From an uncultured Candidatus Rokubacteria bacterium (GTDB taxonomy: Bacteria; Methylomirabilota; Methylomirabilia; Rokubacteriales; CSP1-6), in NCBI GenBank assembly GCA_963771355.1, contig CAVYTA010000006.1:1664001-1728000 (forward strand): a DNA stretch of 64,000 nucleotides, in the 5' to 3' direction. Under the pieces are notes generated by a model. That model was not told the origin of the DNA. It did not search any database and was given only the letters and a program-made list of their open reading frames with translations. Of the stretch, positions 54,981 to 64,000 are shown piece after piece. A program made the position numbers and the translations under genes. Each line of letters opens with the position of its first letter. Within the stretch, counting starts at the first letter, position 1.

Positions 54981-56108
54981 ATGAAACCCAGGAACGTCGT
55001 CATCGCCTGGATCGCCTTCGCGCTACCGGTCCTGATCCTCGCCGCCGTCCTCTGGCGCGGCCCCGGCGACGCCGTCGCGCAGCAGAAGATCGTGTGGAAG
55101 GTGCAGAGCACCTGGCCCGCCAACAACCTCCTGCACATCTCCGCCCTCGAGCTCGCCAAGATGGTGGAGGAGATGTCGGGCGGCCGCCTCAAGTGGGAGA
55201 TGTCGGCGGCGGGCACCGTGGTGGGCGCCTTCGAGGTGCTCGACGCGGTCAACCGCGGCATCATCGACGCCAGCCACGCCTGGCCGGGCTACTGGGCGGG
55301 CAAGAACTCCGCGGCGGGGCTGTTCGCGCCCGGCCCCGGCGGGCCCTTCGGCATGGACCGCGAGGAGTACCTCGGCTGGCTCTACGCCGGCGGCGGGCTC
55401 GAGCTCTACAACGAGCTGCTGCAGAAAGAGCTGAAGATGAACGTGGTGGTGCCCGTCTTCACCACCAGCCTACCGTACTGGGAGCCGCTCGGCTGGTTCA
55501 AGAAGCCCTTCAACAACCTCGACGAGCTGCGCAAGATGCGGTTTCGCACCTCCGGCCTGGGCATGGAGATGATGAAGAACATGGGCGTCTCGGTGGTGAC
55601 GCTCGCCGGCGGCGAGGTCATCCCCGCGCTCGAGCGGGGCGCGATCGAGGGCGCGGAGTGGGCGGTCCCCAGCCATGACATCCTCATGGGGTTCCACAAC
55701 GTCGCCAAGAACTACTATATGCCGGACCTCCGCCAGCCCGCCTCCTACCAGGAGGTGCTGATCAACAAGGCCAAGTGGGACGCGCTGCCGAAGGACCTCC
55801 AGGCCATCGTGAAGTGGGCGGGCATGGCCGAGATCATCCGCATGACCGCGTATAGCGTGGACCAGGACAGCAAGGCGGTCGAGGAGCTGGAGAAGAAGCA
55901 CGGGGTGAAGATCCTCAAGACACCGGACGACGTCCTCAAAGCCCAGCTGCCGGCCATCGACAAGGTCTACGAGGTCGAGGCGCAGAAGAACCCCTTCTTC
56001 GCCAAGGTCCTCAAGTCGCAGAAGGACTTCGCCTCGCGGGCGGTGCCGCATGCGCAGAAGATCCGCCCGCCCATCGAGGTGGTGGTCGCCCACTACTGGA
56101 AGAAGTAG
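54981..56108 (+). CDS. dctP: TRAP transporter substrate-binding protein
   Basis: WKVQSTWP, MSGGRLK, GYWAGK, LGWFKKP, GGEVIPALERGAIEGAEW. Confidence 0.92.
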   Translation: MKPRNVVIAWIAFALPVLILAAVLWRGPGDAVAQQKIVWKVQSTWPANNLLHISALELAKMVEEMSGGRLKWEMSAAGTVVGAFEVLDAVNRGIIDASHAWPGYWAGKNSAAGLFAPGPGGPFGMDREEYLGWLYAGGGLELYNELLQKELKMNVVVPVFTTSLPYWEPLGWFKKPFNNLDELRKMRFRTSGLGMEMMKNMGVSVVTLAGGEVIPALERGAIEGAEWAVPSHDILMGFHNVAKNYYMPDLRQPASYQEVLINKAKWDALPKDLQAIVKWAGMAEIIRMTAYSVDQDSKAVEELEKKHGVKILKTPDDVLKAQLPAIDKVYEVEAQKNPFFAKVLKSQKDFASRAVPHAQKIRPPIEVVVAHYWKK

Positions 56109-56138
56109 GGGCCGTCCCGTCGAAACCGGACAGCAAAC

Positions 56139-56166
56139 GGGGCAGCGGCGCCGGCGCCGCTGCCCC
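56139..56166. terminator. Perfect 28-bp palindrome downstream of dctP2
   Basis: GGGGCAGCGGCGCCGGCGCCGCTGCCCC is its own reverse complement; the terminator role is inferred from position. Confidence 0.55.
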
Positions 56167-56241
56167 TACCGCCCCCTCCGGGGCGCTTCGTCACTGACCC
56201 GAAGGCCAGCGGCGGAAATCCGTACCAACACCCCAAATACC

Positions 56242-56308
56242 TTGACAGACGGGAAGGCCCTGACTAGACTCGCGCCACCTTTCGACATTCCGAACTCTCA
56301 GCGGAGAG
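56242..56308 (+). promoter_or_regulatory. Sigma70 promoter plus conserved leader upstream of dctP3
   Basis: TTGACA, 17 nt spacer, TAGACT, then CGCGCCACCTTTCGACATTCCGAACTCTCAGCGGAGAG. Confidence 0.8.
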
Positions 56309-56366
56309 ACGCCTCATGCGCAGGCGGGTGTCGAGGCACCTCAACCCACACTGAGGAGGGATCGCC

Positions 56367-57452
56367 ATGCGATCACGGTTGATCAAGGGTCTCATCGTCC
56401 TGGTCGTCGCCCTCACGGGCGCCGCGTATCTGGCGTCCAGCTTGACCACACCCGCCGAGGCGCAGAAGAAGGTGACGTGGAAGATGGCGAGCGCCTTCGG
56501 CAGCAAGCTCCCGCACCTGGGGACGTCCGCCACGCGATTTGCCGACAACATCAAGGTCATGTCGGGGGGCACGCTCGAGCTGAAGTTCTTCGAGCCGGGA
56601 GCGCTGGTACCCGCCCTCGAGTGCTTCGACGCCGTCTCCAAGGGCTCCGTCGAGTCGTGCTGGACGACGCCGGGCTATCACACCGGCAAGTACCCGGCGC
56701 TGGCCTTCTTCACCACGGTGCCGTTCGGTCCCCAGATCGGGGAGTTCCTCGCCTGGAAGTGGTTCGGGGGCGGCAACGAGCTTCGGAACGAGATCTACGC
56801 GAAGCACAACCTGATCGCGCTGGACTGCTTCGCGATCGGCCCCGAGACGTCGGGATGGTTCAAGAAAGAAGTGAAGAACGTGGCCGAGCTGAAGGGCATC
56901 AAGATGCGCTTCTTCGGCCTCGGCGCCCAGGTGATGCAGAAGCTGGGCGTGAACACGCAGCTCATGGCCGCGGCCGACATCTATCCCGCGCTCGAGCGGG
57001 GCGTCATCGACGCCACCGAGTTCTCGATGCCGACGATGGACCTCGCGCTCGGCTTCCACCAGATCGCCAAGAATAACTACTATCCCGGCTGGCACCAGCA
57101 GGTCTCGGTGAGCGAGCTGCTCATGAACAAGGGGGAGTGGGACAAGCTCTCCGAGCAGCACAAGCGGATCATCCAGGTCGCCCTCAACGACGCGGTGATT
57201 CACACCTACGTCGAGACCGAGGCGAAGAACCCGCCGGTGATGATGGAGATGAAGGACAAGCACAAGGTTACCAACCGCCGCTGGTCCGACGACGATCTCC
57301 GGACCTTCGAGAAGGGCTGGCTCGAGGTGCTGGAGAGTGAAAGCGCCAAGGATCCTCTGTTCAAGAAGGTCGCCGACCACTATCTGACGTGGCGGAAGAC
57401 CTACAAGATCTGGGGCGATGCCCAGGAGCTGAAGAGCACCTACCAGAAGTAG
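56367..57452 (+). CDS. dctP: TRAP transporter substrate-binding protein
   Basis: WKMASAF, FEPGALVP, FTTVPFG, SGWFKKE, KMRFFGLG, IYPALERGVIDATEFSMP, YYPGWHQ. Confidence 0.93.
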   Translation: MRSRLIKGLIVLVVALTGAAYLASSLTTPAEAQKKVTWKMASAFGSKLPHLGTSATRFADNIKVMSGGTLELKFFEPGALVPALECFDAVSKGSVESCWTTPGYHTGKYPALAFFTTVPFGPQIGEFLAWKWFGGGNELRNEIYAKHNLIALDCFAIGPETSGWFKKEVKNVAELKGIKMRFFGLGAQVMQKLGVNTQLMAAADIYPALERGVIDATEFSMPTMDLALGFHQIAKNNYYPGWHQQVSVSELLMNKGEWDKLSEQHKRIIQVALNDAVIHTYVETEAKNPPVMMEMKDKHKVTNRRWSDDDLRTFEKGWLEVLESESAKDPLFKKVADHYLTWRKTYKIWGDAQELKSTYQK

Positions 57453-57471
57453 GGACGGCGCGCGTATTCAA

Positions 57472-57533
57472 GGAGCGCCCCGGGGAACCCCGGGGCGCTC
57501 CGAGCGTCGGGGGGGACCATTTCGAGGCCCCCC
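57472..57533. repeat. Two-hairpin palindromic element between convergent dctP3 and dctM2
   Basis: GGAGCGCCCCGGGG-AA-CCCCGGGGCGCTCC (57472-57501) plus GGGGGGGACC-ATTTCGA-GGCCCCCC (57509-57533). Confidence 0.8.
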
Positions 57534-57542
57534 AAGTGGTGG

Positions 57543-58925
57543 TCAGTCGAGGAAGCCGGCCAGCTTGGGCAGCCACAGCACGATGCTGGGGAAATAGATG
57601 CAGAGCAAGAGCCCGAGGACCTGCAGCGCCACGAACGGATACATCCCCCGGTAGACGTCGGTCATGCTCACGCCGGGCGGCGCCGTTCCCTTCATGTAGA
57701 ACAGGGTGGCTCCGAACGGCGGCGTCATGAAGGCGGTCTGCAGATTGACCGCGACCAGGGTGCCGAACCACGCCATCAGGTACTGGTTGCTCCCCAGGTG
57801 GGCGGAGAAGTCGTACTTCGCGATGATCGGTCCGAATACCGGCAGGACGATCAGGCAGATCTCGATCCACTCGAAGGGAAAGCCGAGGAGGAAGATCAGG
57901 ACCATCACGAAGGCGAGCACCTCCCACCCCGTGTCGATGCCCATCTTCGCCAGCATCCCGATCATCAGATCGTCCCCGCCCAGCACCCGGAACACGTAGG
58001 AGAAGCCGGTCGCGCCCAGGAAGATCAGGAACACGAGGCCATTCGCCCGGCAGCACGAGAAGATGGCCTCGGTCATCATCTTCATGGTGAGCCGGCGGTT
58101 CAAGGCCGCGATGAGCATCGAGCCGAATACCCCGACGGCGCCGCTTTCCGTGGGCGTGGCCCAGCCGGCGAAGATCGAGCCGATCACGATCACCATCAGC
58201 GCCGTCATCGGGAAGAGGCCCCGCCACACCGCGGTCCAGAATTCGCCGCGATTCTGCGGTCCGTGGTCGGGCGGGAGCTTGGGCGCCTTGTCGGGCCGCA
58301 CTATCGCGACGATAATGATGTAGATCAGGTACAGCCCCGAGAGCAGGAAGCCCGGCATGGTGGCGGCGAGAAAGAGCGCTCCCGCGGAGGTCACCAGCAT
58401 CTCCGCCATCACCACCAGCATGATCGCCGGCGGGATGAGAATGCCGAGGGTTCCCGCCGAGGCGATGGTGCCGATAGCCAATCGCTTGTCGTAGCCCGAG
58501 GCCAGCATCTGCGGCAGCGCGATCACCGAGAGCGTGATCACCGCCGCACCGACGACCCCGATCGGCGCGGCGAGGATGGTGCCCATCACCATGACCGCGA
58601 CGGCGAGCGCGCCGGGCACCCGCCTCAGCATGGCCTCGGTCGCTTTGAGCATGTCCATGGCCGAGCCGGACCGCTCCAGGATCGACCCCATGAAGATGAA
58701 CATGGGGATCGACGCGAGCACCGGGTCGGCGGCGACGCCCCCCCACATGCGCAGCACGACGTCATAGATGCCGATGATCGAGAACACGCCGAGGAACCAC
58801 CCGGCGAGGGCGAAGATCAGGGCCATGCCACCCATGACGAAGGCCACGGGATAGCCGCAGAAGATGACGAAGAACATCGAGACGAACATGATCAGGGCGA
58901 GGTTGTCGGCCAGCAGATCGAGCAC
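57543..58925 (-). CDS. dctM: TRAP transporter large permease
   Basis: GYPVAF, IPMFIFMG, SAGTLGILIPP, GWATPTESGAVG, NLQTAFMTPPFG. Confidence 0.93.
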   Translation of the reverse strand: MLDLLADNLALIMFVSMFFVIFCGYPVAFVMGGMALIFALAGWFLGVFSIIGIYDVVLRMWGGVAADPVLASIPMFIFMGSILERSGSAMDMLKATEAMLRRVPGALAVAVMVMGTILAAPIGVVGAAVITLSVIALPQMLASGYDKRLAIGTIASAGTLGILIPPAIMLVVMAEMLVTSAGALFLAATMPGFLLSGLYLIYIIIVAIVRPDKAPKLPPDHGPQNRGEFWTAVWRGLFPMTALMVIVIGSIFAGWATPTESGAVGVFGSMLIAALNRRLTMKMMTEAIFSCCRANGLVFLIFLGATGFSYVFRVLGGDDLMIGMLAKMGIDTGWEVLAFVMVLIFLLGFPFEWIEICLIVLPVFGPIIAKYDFSAHLGSNQYLMAWFGTLVAVNLQTAFMTPPFGATLFYMKGTAPPGVSMTDVYRGMYPFVALQVLGLLLCIYFPSIVLWLPKLAGFLD

Positions 58926-58944
58926 GAGGCCCCCTTGGTGTGGG

Positions 58945-59505
58945 CTAAACTTCCGCTTCGACGTGACCTATCTGCAGATTGACTTCCTCTTCCGGCCGGC
59001 CGCCGAACAGAAAAACGATTACCCGGGCCAGGACGCTGAGGATCCCGAGCACCACCAGCCAGAGCCCGGCGGCATAGATGCCCTTGATGACCCAGCGGAA
59101 GCGGAGTCCCACCGTGCTATCGGACTGCTCGGCGAGCAAATAGGACTGGGTGACGAAGTCGAGGCTGTGGTAGGCGACGAGCGCGCAGTACGGCAGCGCG
59201 AAGAGTACGCAGCCGGCGAGCTCGATCCAGGCCTTCCGCCGGTAGGACAATTTCTCGGTGAAGGAGTCGACCCGGGGATTCGCGTTGATCGTGTACCCGT
59301 AGCCCATCCACAGGGAGAAGAGCGCGGCGTGGAAGTGCCATTCCAGCTCCTGGAGCTTGGTGAGGGGGGCGGGGATGCCGGTCTTGCGCGCGAGGACGTC
59401 GAAGCAGGTCACCGCCGCCATGACGACGAGCAGCCAACCCGACGCCAGCGCGACGGATTCGAGCATCCGCCGCACACCCTCGGAAAACTTGAGGAGAGCC
59501 CCCAA
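58945..59505 (-). CDS. dctQ: TRAP transporter small permease
   Basis: FDVLARK, LQELEWHFH, NANPRVD, AWIELAG; 4 TM segments. Confidence 0.88.
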   Translation of the reverse strand: MGALLKFSEGVRRMLESVALASGWLLVVMAAVTCFDVLARKTGIPAPLTKLQELEWHFHAALFSLWMGYGYTINANPRVDSFTEKLSYRRKAWIELAGCVLFALPYCALVAYHSLDFVTQSYLLAEQSDSTVGLRFRWVIKGIYAAGLWLVVLGILSVLARVIVFLFGGRPEEEVNLQIGHVEAEV

Positions 59506-59524
59506 GCCCTAATGACCCTTGATC

Positions 59525-59596
59525 GTTCGCATGGTAGATCGACGCACGGTAGGGCGGCGAACGGGGGCCTGTCAAGGGGAATCTTGGCATTGTCGG
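59525..59596 (-). promoter_or_regulatory. Promoter of dctQ2-dctM2 flanked by two degenerate copies of the dctP leader motif
   Basis: TTGACA (59575-59570), 18 nt spacer, TACCGT (59551-59546); ATCTACCATGCGAAC (59539-59525) and CCGACAATGCCAAG (59596-59583) resemble TTCGACATTGCGAAC. Confidence 0.5.
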
Positions 59597-59771
59597 TGGC
59601 CTCGGCCTTCGGGCCGACCGCCGCCGGGCTGGGCCCGGGCCCCGGCGGGGCACTCCCAGGAGACCGGGACGCGGGTCCGTCGAGTTGTGCTAGTATTCCG
59701 CGCGAGCGGCGGGCTCCTCACGCTCCGCGTCAGGCGCCGCCGGCCAAACCCCAAGGACAGCGAGGTCGCCC

Positions 59772-60863
59772 ATGGCACAGGTGGTGCTCAAGGAGCTGAA
59801 CAAGAAGTACGACGAGGTCCACGCCGTCAAGGACGTGAACCTGACCATCCGCGACAAGGAATTCATGGTCCTCGTGGGTCCCTCCGGCTGCGGCAAGACC
59901 ACCACGCTGCGCATGGTGGCGGGCCTCGAGGAGATCACCGCCGGCGAGATCTCCATCGGTGAGCGCGTGGTGAACGATCTCCCGCCCAAGGACCGCGACA
60001 TCGCCATGGTGTTCCAGAACTACGCGCTCTATCCGCACATGAGCGTGTACGACAACATGGCGTTCGGCCTCAAGATGCGTAAGTTCCCCAAGTCCGAAAT
60101 CCAGAAGCGCGTGCAGGATGCGGCGGAGATCCTCGGCATCCAGGAGCTGCTCAAGCGGAAACCCCGTCAGCTGTCGGGCGGCCAGCGCCAGCGGGTGGCG
60201 GTGGGCCGCGCCATCGTGCGGCATCCGCAGGTGTTCCTCTTCGACGAGCCGCTGTCCAATCTCGATGCCAAGCTGCGCGTGCAGATGCGGGTGGAGCTCA
60301 AGCGCCTCCACGAGCGACTCGAAACCACCGCCATCTACGTCACCCACGACCAGGTGGAGGCCATGACCTTGGGCAGCCGGGTGGTGGTGATGAAGGACGG
60401 CTGGGTGCAGCAGGTAGGCGAGCCCATGGAGATCTATACCCGCCCGCAGAACAAGTTCGTGGCTGGCTTCATCGGCTCTCCCGCGATGAACTTCATCCCG
60501 GTAACCATCGCGGAGGCGGCCGGCAGTCTCTACGCCCAGGCCAACGGCCTCCGGCTCAAGGTGCCCGCTGCCCTGCAGGCCCGGCTGGGCGCCTACAAGG
60601 GCCAGCCCGTCACCCTCGGCGTGCGTCCGGAGGATCTCCGGGTCAGCTCGTCCACGGACGGCGACACCACCTTCGAGGCAGTGGTGGACGTGGTGGAGCC
60701 GCTGGGGGCGGAGATCCTGCTCGACGCCACCGTGGCCGGCCAGTCCGTGGTGGCCCGCGTGGAGCCCACCGTGCGGGCACGCCCGCACGAGAAGATCCGC
60801 CTCGCCTTCGTACCTGAGCGCATGCACTTCTTCGACACCAAGACCGAGCAGGTGATCAACTAG
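59772..60863 (+). CDS. Sugar ABC transporter ATPase (MalK/UgpC family)
   Basis: VGPSGCGKTT, MVFQNYALYPHM, LSGGQRQRVA, FDEPLSNLDAKLR, YVTHDQVEAM, FIGSPAMN. Confidence 0.95.
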   Translation: MAQVVLKELNKKYDEVHAVKDVNLTIRDKEFMVLVGPSGCGKTTTLRMVAGLEEITAGEISIGERVVNDLPPKDRDIAMVFQNYALYPHMSVYDNMAFGLKMRKFPKSEIQKRVQDAAEILGIQELLKRKPRQLSGGQRQRVAVGRAIVRHPQVFLFDEPLSNLDAKLRVQMRVELKRLHERLETTAIYVTHDQVEAMTLGSRVVVMKDGWVQQVGEPMEIYTRPQNKFVAGFIGSPAMNFIPVTIAEAAGSLYAQANGLRLKVPAALQARLGAYKGQPVTLGVRPEDLRVSSSTDGDTTFEAVVDVVEPLGAEILLDATVAGQSVVARVEPTVRARPHEKIRLAFVPERMHFFDTKTEQVIN

Positions 60864-61001
60864 CCCGTCGCCCAGACCCGCCGCCCTATTCGTTGGTCAC
60901 CTTCACCCACGCACCCGCGCCTCACCAGAGGGGGTGAGACCCAAGCCGGCAAGGTTCTCTGATGGCCCGAGACCTCCATCCCGATACCGGAGGCCCTTCT
61001 C

Positions 61002-62315
61002 ATGGATAAGACCGCTCCCCGCAGTCCCCAGCGCCGCCGTTTCCTTCGCACCGCCGCCGGCACAACGGCCGGGATGGCCTCGTGGCTCGCCCTCGGTCGC
61101 GCCCCCGCCCACGCGCAGAAGCGGGAGCTGACGTTCCTCTCCTGGAACCACTTCGTGCCCGCCGCCGATGACGAGCTCCGCAAGCAGGCGGAGGCTTTCG
61201 GCAAGCAGGCGAACTGCACCGTCCGGGTCGACACCATGGCTCACCTCCAGATGCCCGCCAAGATCGCGGCGGAGGCCCAGTCGCAGTCGGGCCATGACAT
61301 GTTCCGGTCGGCGCTCTCCGACCCGTTCCTCTTCGAGAACCAGCTCGCGAATGTGGACGATGTCGTCGAGAAGCTCGCCAAGCAATACGGCGGCATGTAC
61401 CCGTTCTGCGCCGAGGCGAATAAAGCTAGTTCGGGCTGGAAGGCGATGCCCTGGTTCTGGGTCTCCTTCCCGGCCACCTATAACCAAGCCCACTTCAAGA
61501 AGGCCGGATTCGACACGCATCCCAAGACCTGGGACGAGCTGCTGAAGATGGGCAAGGTCCTCAAGAAGCAGGGCAACCCGGTGGGTATCCCGATCAGCCA
61601 CTGCTCGGACGCGCATTCGACCTACTGGTCGGTGGCGTGGTCGCAGGGGGCCAAGGTCCTCGAGGCCGACGGCAAGACCCCCGCCATCAACTCCGACAAG
61701 ACCGCCCAGGTCATCGAGTGGTACAAGGAACTCTACAAGGACGCCATGGAGCCGGAGGTCCTGTCCTGGGACGACGCCGGAAATAACCGCTTCATCCTCT
61801 CCGGCAAGGGGTCCTGGATCCACAATCCGGTCAGTCCGTACAACGCGGCCCTGAAGGAGAAGATGCCGATCGCCGACGAGATCAACCACCACAATAGCCC
61901 GTCGGGGCCGGCGGGTGCTCACTCGGCGCCGCCCATTCTGGGCATCGCAACCTGGAAGTTCTCGAAGAACCAGGAGCTGGCGAAGGAGTTCATCCAGTTT
62001 CTGTTCCGGAAGGAGAACTACGACGCCTGGATCGTGGCGTCGAACGCGTTCAACCATCCGCCGCTCAAGCACCTGTCCGACCACCCCATCTGGGCCAAGA
62101 ACCCCAAGTTCGCCATGCTGCCCAAGGAGGCGGAGTTTGCCCATCCGCGCGGCTGGCCGGCCAAGCCCAACGATGCAGTCCAGCGCATCGACAACAACTA
62201 CGTCATGGCCGACATGGTGGCCAAGGCCATCAACGGTATGCCGACCAAGCGGGCCATGGACTGGGGGCAGGAGCAGGTCGCCCTCGCCATCAAGGGTCAG
62301 CTCAAGGCCAGCTAG
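61002..62315 (+). CDS. Carbohydrate-type ABC substrate-binding protein with a Tat signal
   Basis: QRRRFLRTAAG, WNHFVP, PKTWDEL, WDDAGNNRF; paralog of 48452-49801. Confidence 0.9.
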   Translation: MDKTAPRSPQRRRFLRTAAGTTAGMASWLALGRAPAHAQKRELTFLSWNHFVPAADDELRKQAEAFGKQANCTVRVDTMAHLQMPAKIAAEAQSQSGHDMFRSALSDPFLFENQLANVDDVVEKLAKQYGGMYPFCAEANKASSGWKAMPWFWVSFPATYNQAHFKKAGFDTHPKTWDELLKMGKVLKKQGNPVGIPISHCSDAHSTYWSVAWSQGAKVLEADGKTPAINSDKTAQVIEWYKELYKDAMEPEVLSWDDAGNNRFILSGKGSWIHNPVSPYNAALKEKMPIADEINHHNSPSGPAGAHSAPPILGIATWKFSKNQELAKEFIQFLFRKENYDAWIVASNAFNHPPLKHLSDHPIWAKNPKFAMLPKEAEFAHPRGWPAKPNDAVQRIDNNYVMADMVAKAINGMPTKRAMDWGQEQVALAIKGQLKAS

Positions 62316-63254
62316 ATGGCCGTCGGTCCCCGGTTTCTAGAGGAAGCCGGCCCGCAGGAGGCCGGCTTCCTCTCGCGACTGCGCGAGTGGTGGGAGCGCG
62401 AGGAGGTTTTTGGCTATGGCCTCATCCTTCCCGCACTCGTGCTGCTTGTCGCGCTGGTGGCGTTCCCGTTCGGGATGGCCATCTACTTCAGCCTCTCCGA
62501 CTACTGGGTGGGCTCACCGGGCGCCTTCGTCGGCCTCGACAATTACCGCGCGATCCTCGGGAACGAGGTCTTCCGCCAGACCGTCCAGAATTCCTTCGTC
62601 TTCACCGCCATCGCCCTGACCCTGAAGACGGTGCTCGGCGTCTGGCTTGCCGTCCTCCTCGCCCGACCTGTCCGCTTCAAGCGCCTCATCCGCGGCGCCA
62701 TCTTGCTGCCCTTCGTCATCCCCACCGCGCTGTCCACGTTGGGCTGGTGGTGGATGTTCGACTCGCTGTATAGCGTGGTGAACTGGACGGCCATCCGGTT
62801 CGGCCTCATGAGCGCGCCCGGTCCTAACTGGCTCGGGCAGGCCGAGTACGCGATGGCCGCGGTGATTGCCGTGAACGTATGGCGGGGGCTCCCGTTCTTC
62901 GCCATCACCACGCTCGCCGGCCTGGTGGCGGTGCCCAGGGAGTACTACGAGGCGGCGGAGGTGGACGGAGCGGGGGCGTGGAACCGGTTCTGGCTCGTCA
63001 CCCTCCCGTTGCTCAAGCCCGTGCTCGCGGTGGTGATTCTCTTCTCGACCATCTTCACCTTCTCCGACTTCAACATCGTCTACGTCCTCACGCGCGGCGG
63101 GCCGATGAACACCACCCACCTCTTCGCCACCCTTGCCTATCAGGTCGGTCTGAACGGCGGCAACCTCGGCCAGGGCGCTGCCATCGCCCTCTTCATCTTC
63201 CCGCTCCTCGGCGCGGTGGTCTTCTTCCAGCTCCGCTACGTTCGCAAGGATTGA
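62316..63254 (+). CDS. Sugar ABC permease (MalF/UgpA-like)
   Basis: [31 protein letters not shown]. Confidence 0.93.
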   Translation: MAVGPRFLEEAGPQEAGFLSRLREWWEREEVFGYGLILPALVLLVALVAFPFGMAIYFSLSDYWVGSPGAFVGLDNYRAILGNEVFRQTVQNSFVFTAIALTLKTVLGVWLAVLLARPVRFKRLIRGAILLPFVIPTALSTLGWWWMFDSLYSVVNWTAIRFGLMSAPGPNWLGQAEYAMAAVIAVNVWRGLPFFAITTLAGLVAVPREYYEAAEVDGAGAWNRFWLVTLPLLKPVLAVVILFSTIFTFSDFNIVYVLTRGGPMNTTHLFATLAYQVGLNGGNLGQGAAIALFIFPLLGAVVFFQLRYVRKD

Positions 63255-63256
63255 CC

Positions 63257-64000
63257 GTGGCCACCGCCCGGAACCGCGGCGCGACGATCCGCTACAACGC
63301 CTTCACCTACGCCAACCTGGCGCCGTTCGTCTTCTTCGCGCTGTTCCCCTTCTATTTCATGTTCGTCACGTCGTTCAAGTCGAACGCCGAGCTGTACAAC
63401 CTGAAGTCGGTCCCGTTCTGGGTCCAGACCGGCGTCATCACCGACCACTACACCTACCTCTTCATGAAGACGGACTTCCTCGTCTGGATCAAGAACAGCC
63501 TCCTCATCAGCGTGGTGGCCACCAGCGTGTCGATCGTCCTGTCCATCCTCGCCGGCTACAGCCTCTCGCGGCTCCGCTTCCGCGGAGCAGGCTCCTTCGG
63601 GTTGGCGGTCTTCATCACCTACCTGGTTCCGCCCACCCTTCTGTTCCTCCCGCTCTCCCAGGTCGTCAGCTGGCTGGGATTGTCGGACTCGATCTATGCC
63701 CTGATGGTCACCTACCCGACCTTCCTCGTCCCCTTCTGCACCTGGCTCCTCATGGGTTACTTCCGCACGGTGCCGCGCGAGGTGGAGGAGTGCGCCCTGG
63801 TCGACGGGGCCACCCGCATGCAGACGCTCTTCCGCATCGTGCTGCCCATGGCGGTGCCGGGGATCATCTGCGCGCTGCTCTTCTCGTTCACCCTCTGCTG
63901 GAACGAGTTCACGTACGCGCTGACCTTCATCTCCCAGTCGGCGAACAAGACCGCGGTGGTGGGGGTCACCGCGGACCTCATCCGCGGCGACATCTACTAC
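63257..64000 (+). CDS. Sugar ABC permease (MalG/UgpE-like), 3' end runs off the window
   Basis: Not in the ORF track; GTG 63257 gives LFPFYFMFVTSFK, AGYSLSRLRF, VPREVEECALVDGA, FTLCWNEF. Confidence 0.92.
   Translation, partial: MATARNRGATIRYNAFTYANLAPFVFFALFPFYFMFVTSFKSNAELYNLKSVPFWVQTGVITDHYTYLFMKTDFLVWIKNSLLISVVATSVSIVLSILAGYSLSRLRFRGAGSFGLAVFITYLVPPTLLFLPLSQVVSWLGLSDSIYALMVTYPTFLVPFCTWLLMGYFRTVPREVEECALVDGATRMQTLFRIVLPMAVPGIICALLFSFTLCWNEFTYALTFISQSANKTAVVGVTADLIRGDIYY

Noticed and set aside
1..64000. CRISPR array, tRNA/rRNA, prophage, integrase or defence genes
   Set aside because: No regularly spaced repeats, RNA gene signatures or mobile-element/defence ORFs recognised by eye; the repeats found are dispersed single copies.

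Overview
Very GC-rich, gene-dense bacterial chromosome segment. kdsB (LPS), a Pup-proteasome operon and many TRAP/ABC transporters suggest a diderm lineage such as Rokubacteria/Methylomirabilota (inference only). Layout: (1) 1-14.5 kb, minus-strand housekeeping block (family 5 SBP, thioesterase, yebC-ruvCAB, spoIID, csaA, queA-tgt-yajC-secDF-rel); (2) 15-21.4 kb, arc-dop-prcB-prcA-pafA operon with no pup gene in its usual slot and a duplicated prcA 5' end; (3) glgB-glgX-gdhA; (4) 27.9-42.4 kb, minus-strand catabolic operon (Liv-type ABC, DUF169, enamidase, LLM oxidoreductase, lone Mo-hydroxylase large subunit, conserved hypothetical) ending in a permuted propionyl-CoA-synthase-like reductase-dehydratase with carboxylase-type motifs; (5) GAF protein, kdsB, two MFS; (6) 48-64 kb, sugar-type ABC and TRAP arrays, including a doubly frameshifted dctM. 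Main highlights: the permuted PCS-like enzyme, a dispersed 30-nt GNA-hairpin repeat at three operon gene junctions with junction duplications and bridging mini-ORFs, a second palindromic repeat inserted in frame in an MFS gene, and a conserved leader upstream of two dctP genes. No tRNA, rRNA, CRISPR array, integrase or transposase was recognised. Family assignments are from motif recognition by eye, not database searches.
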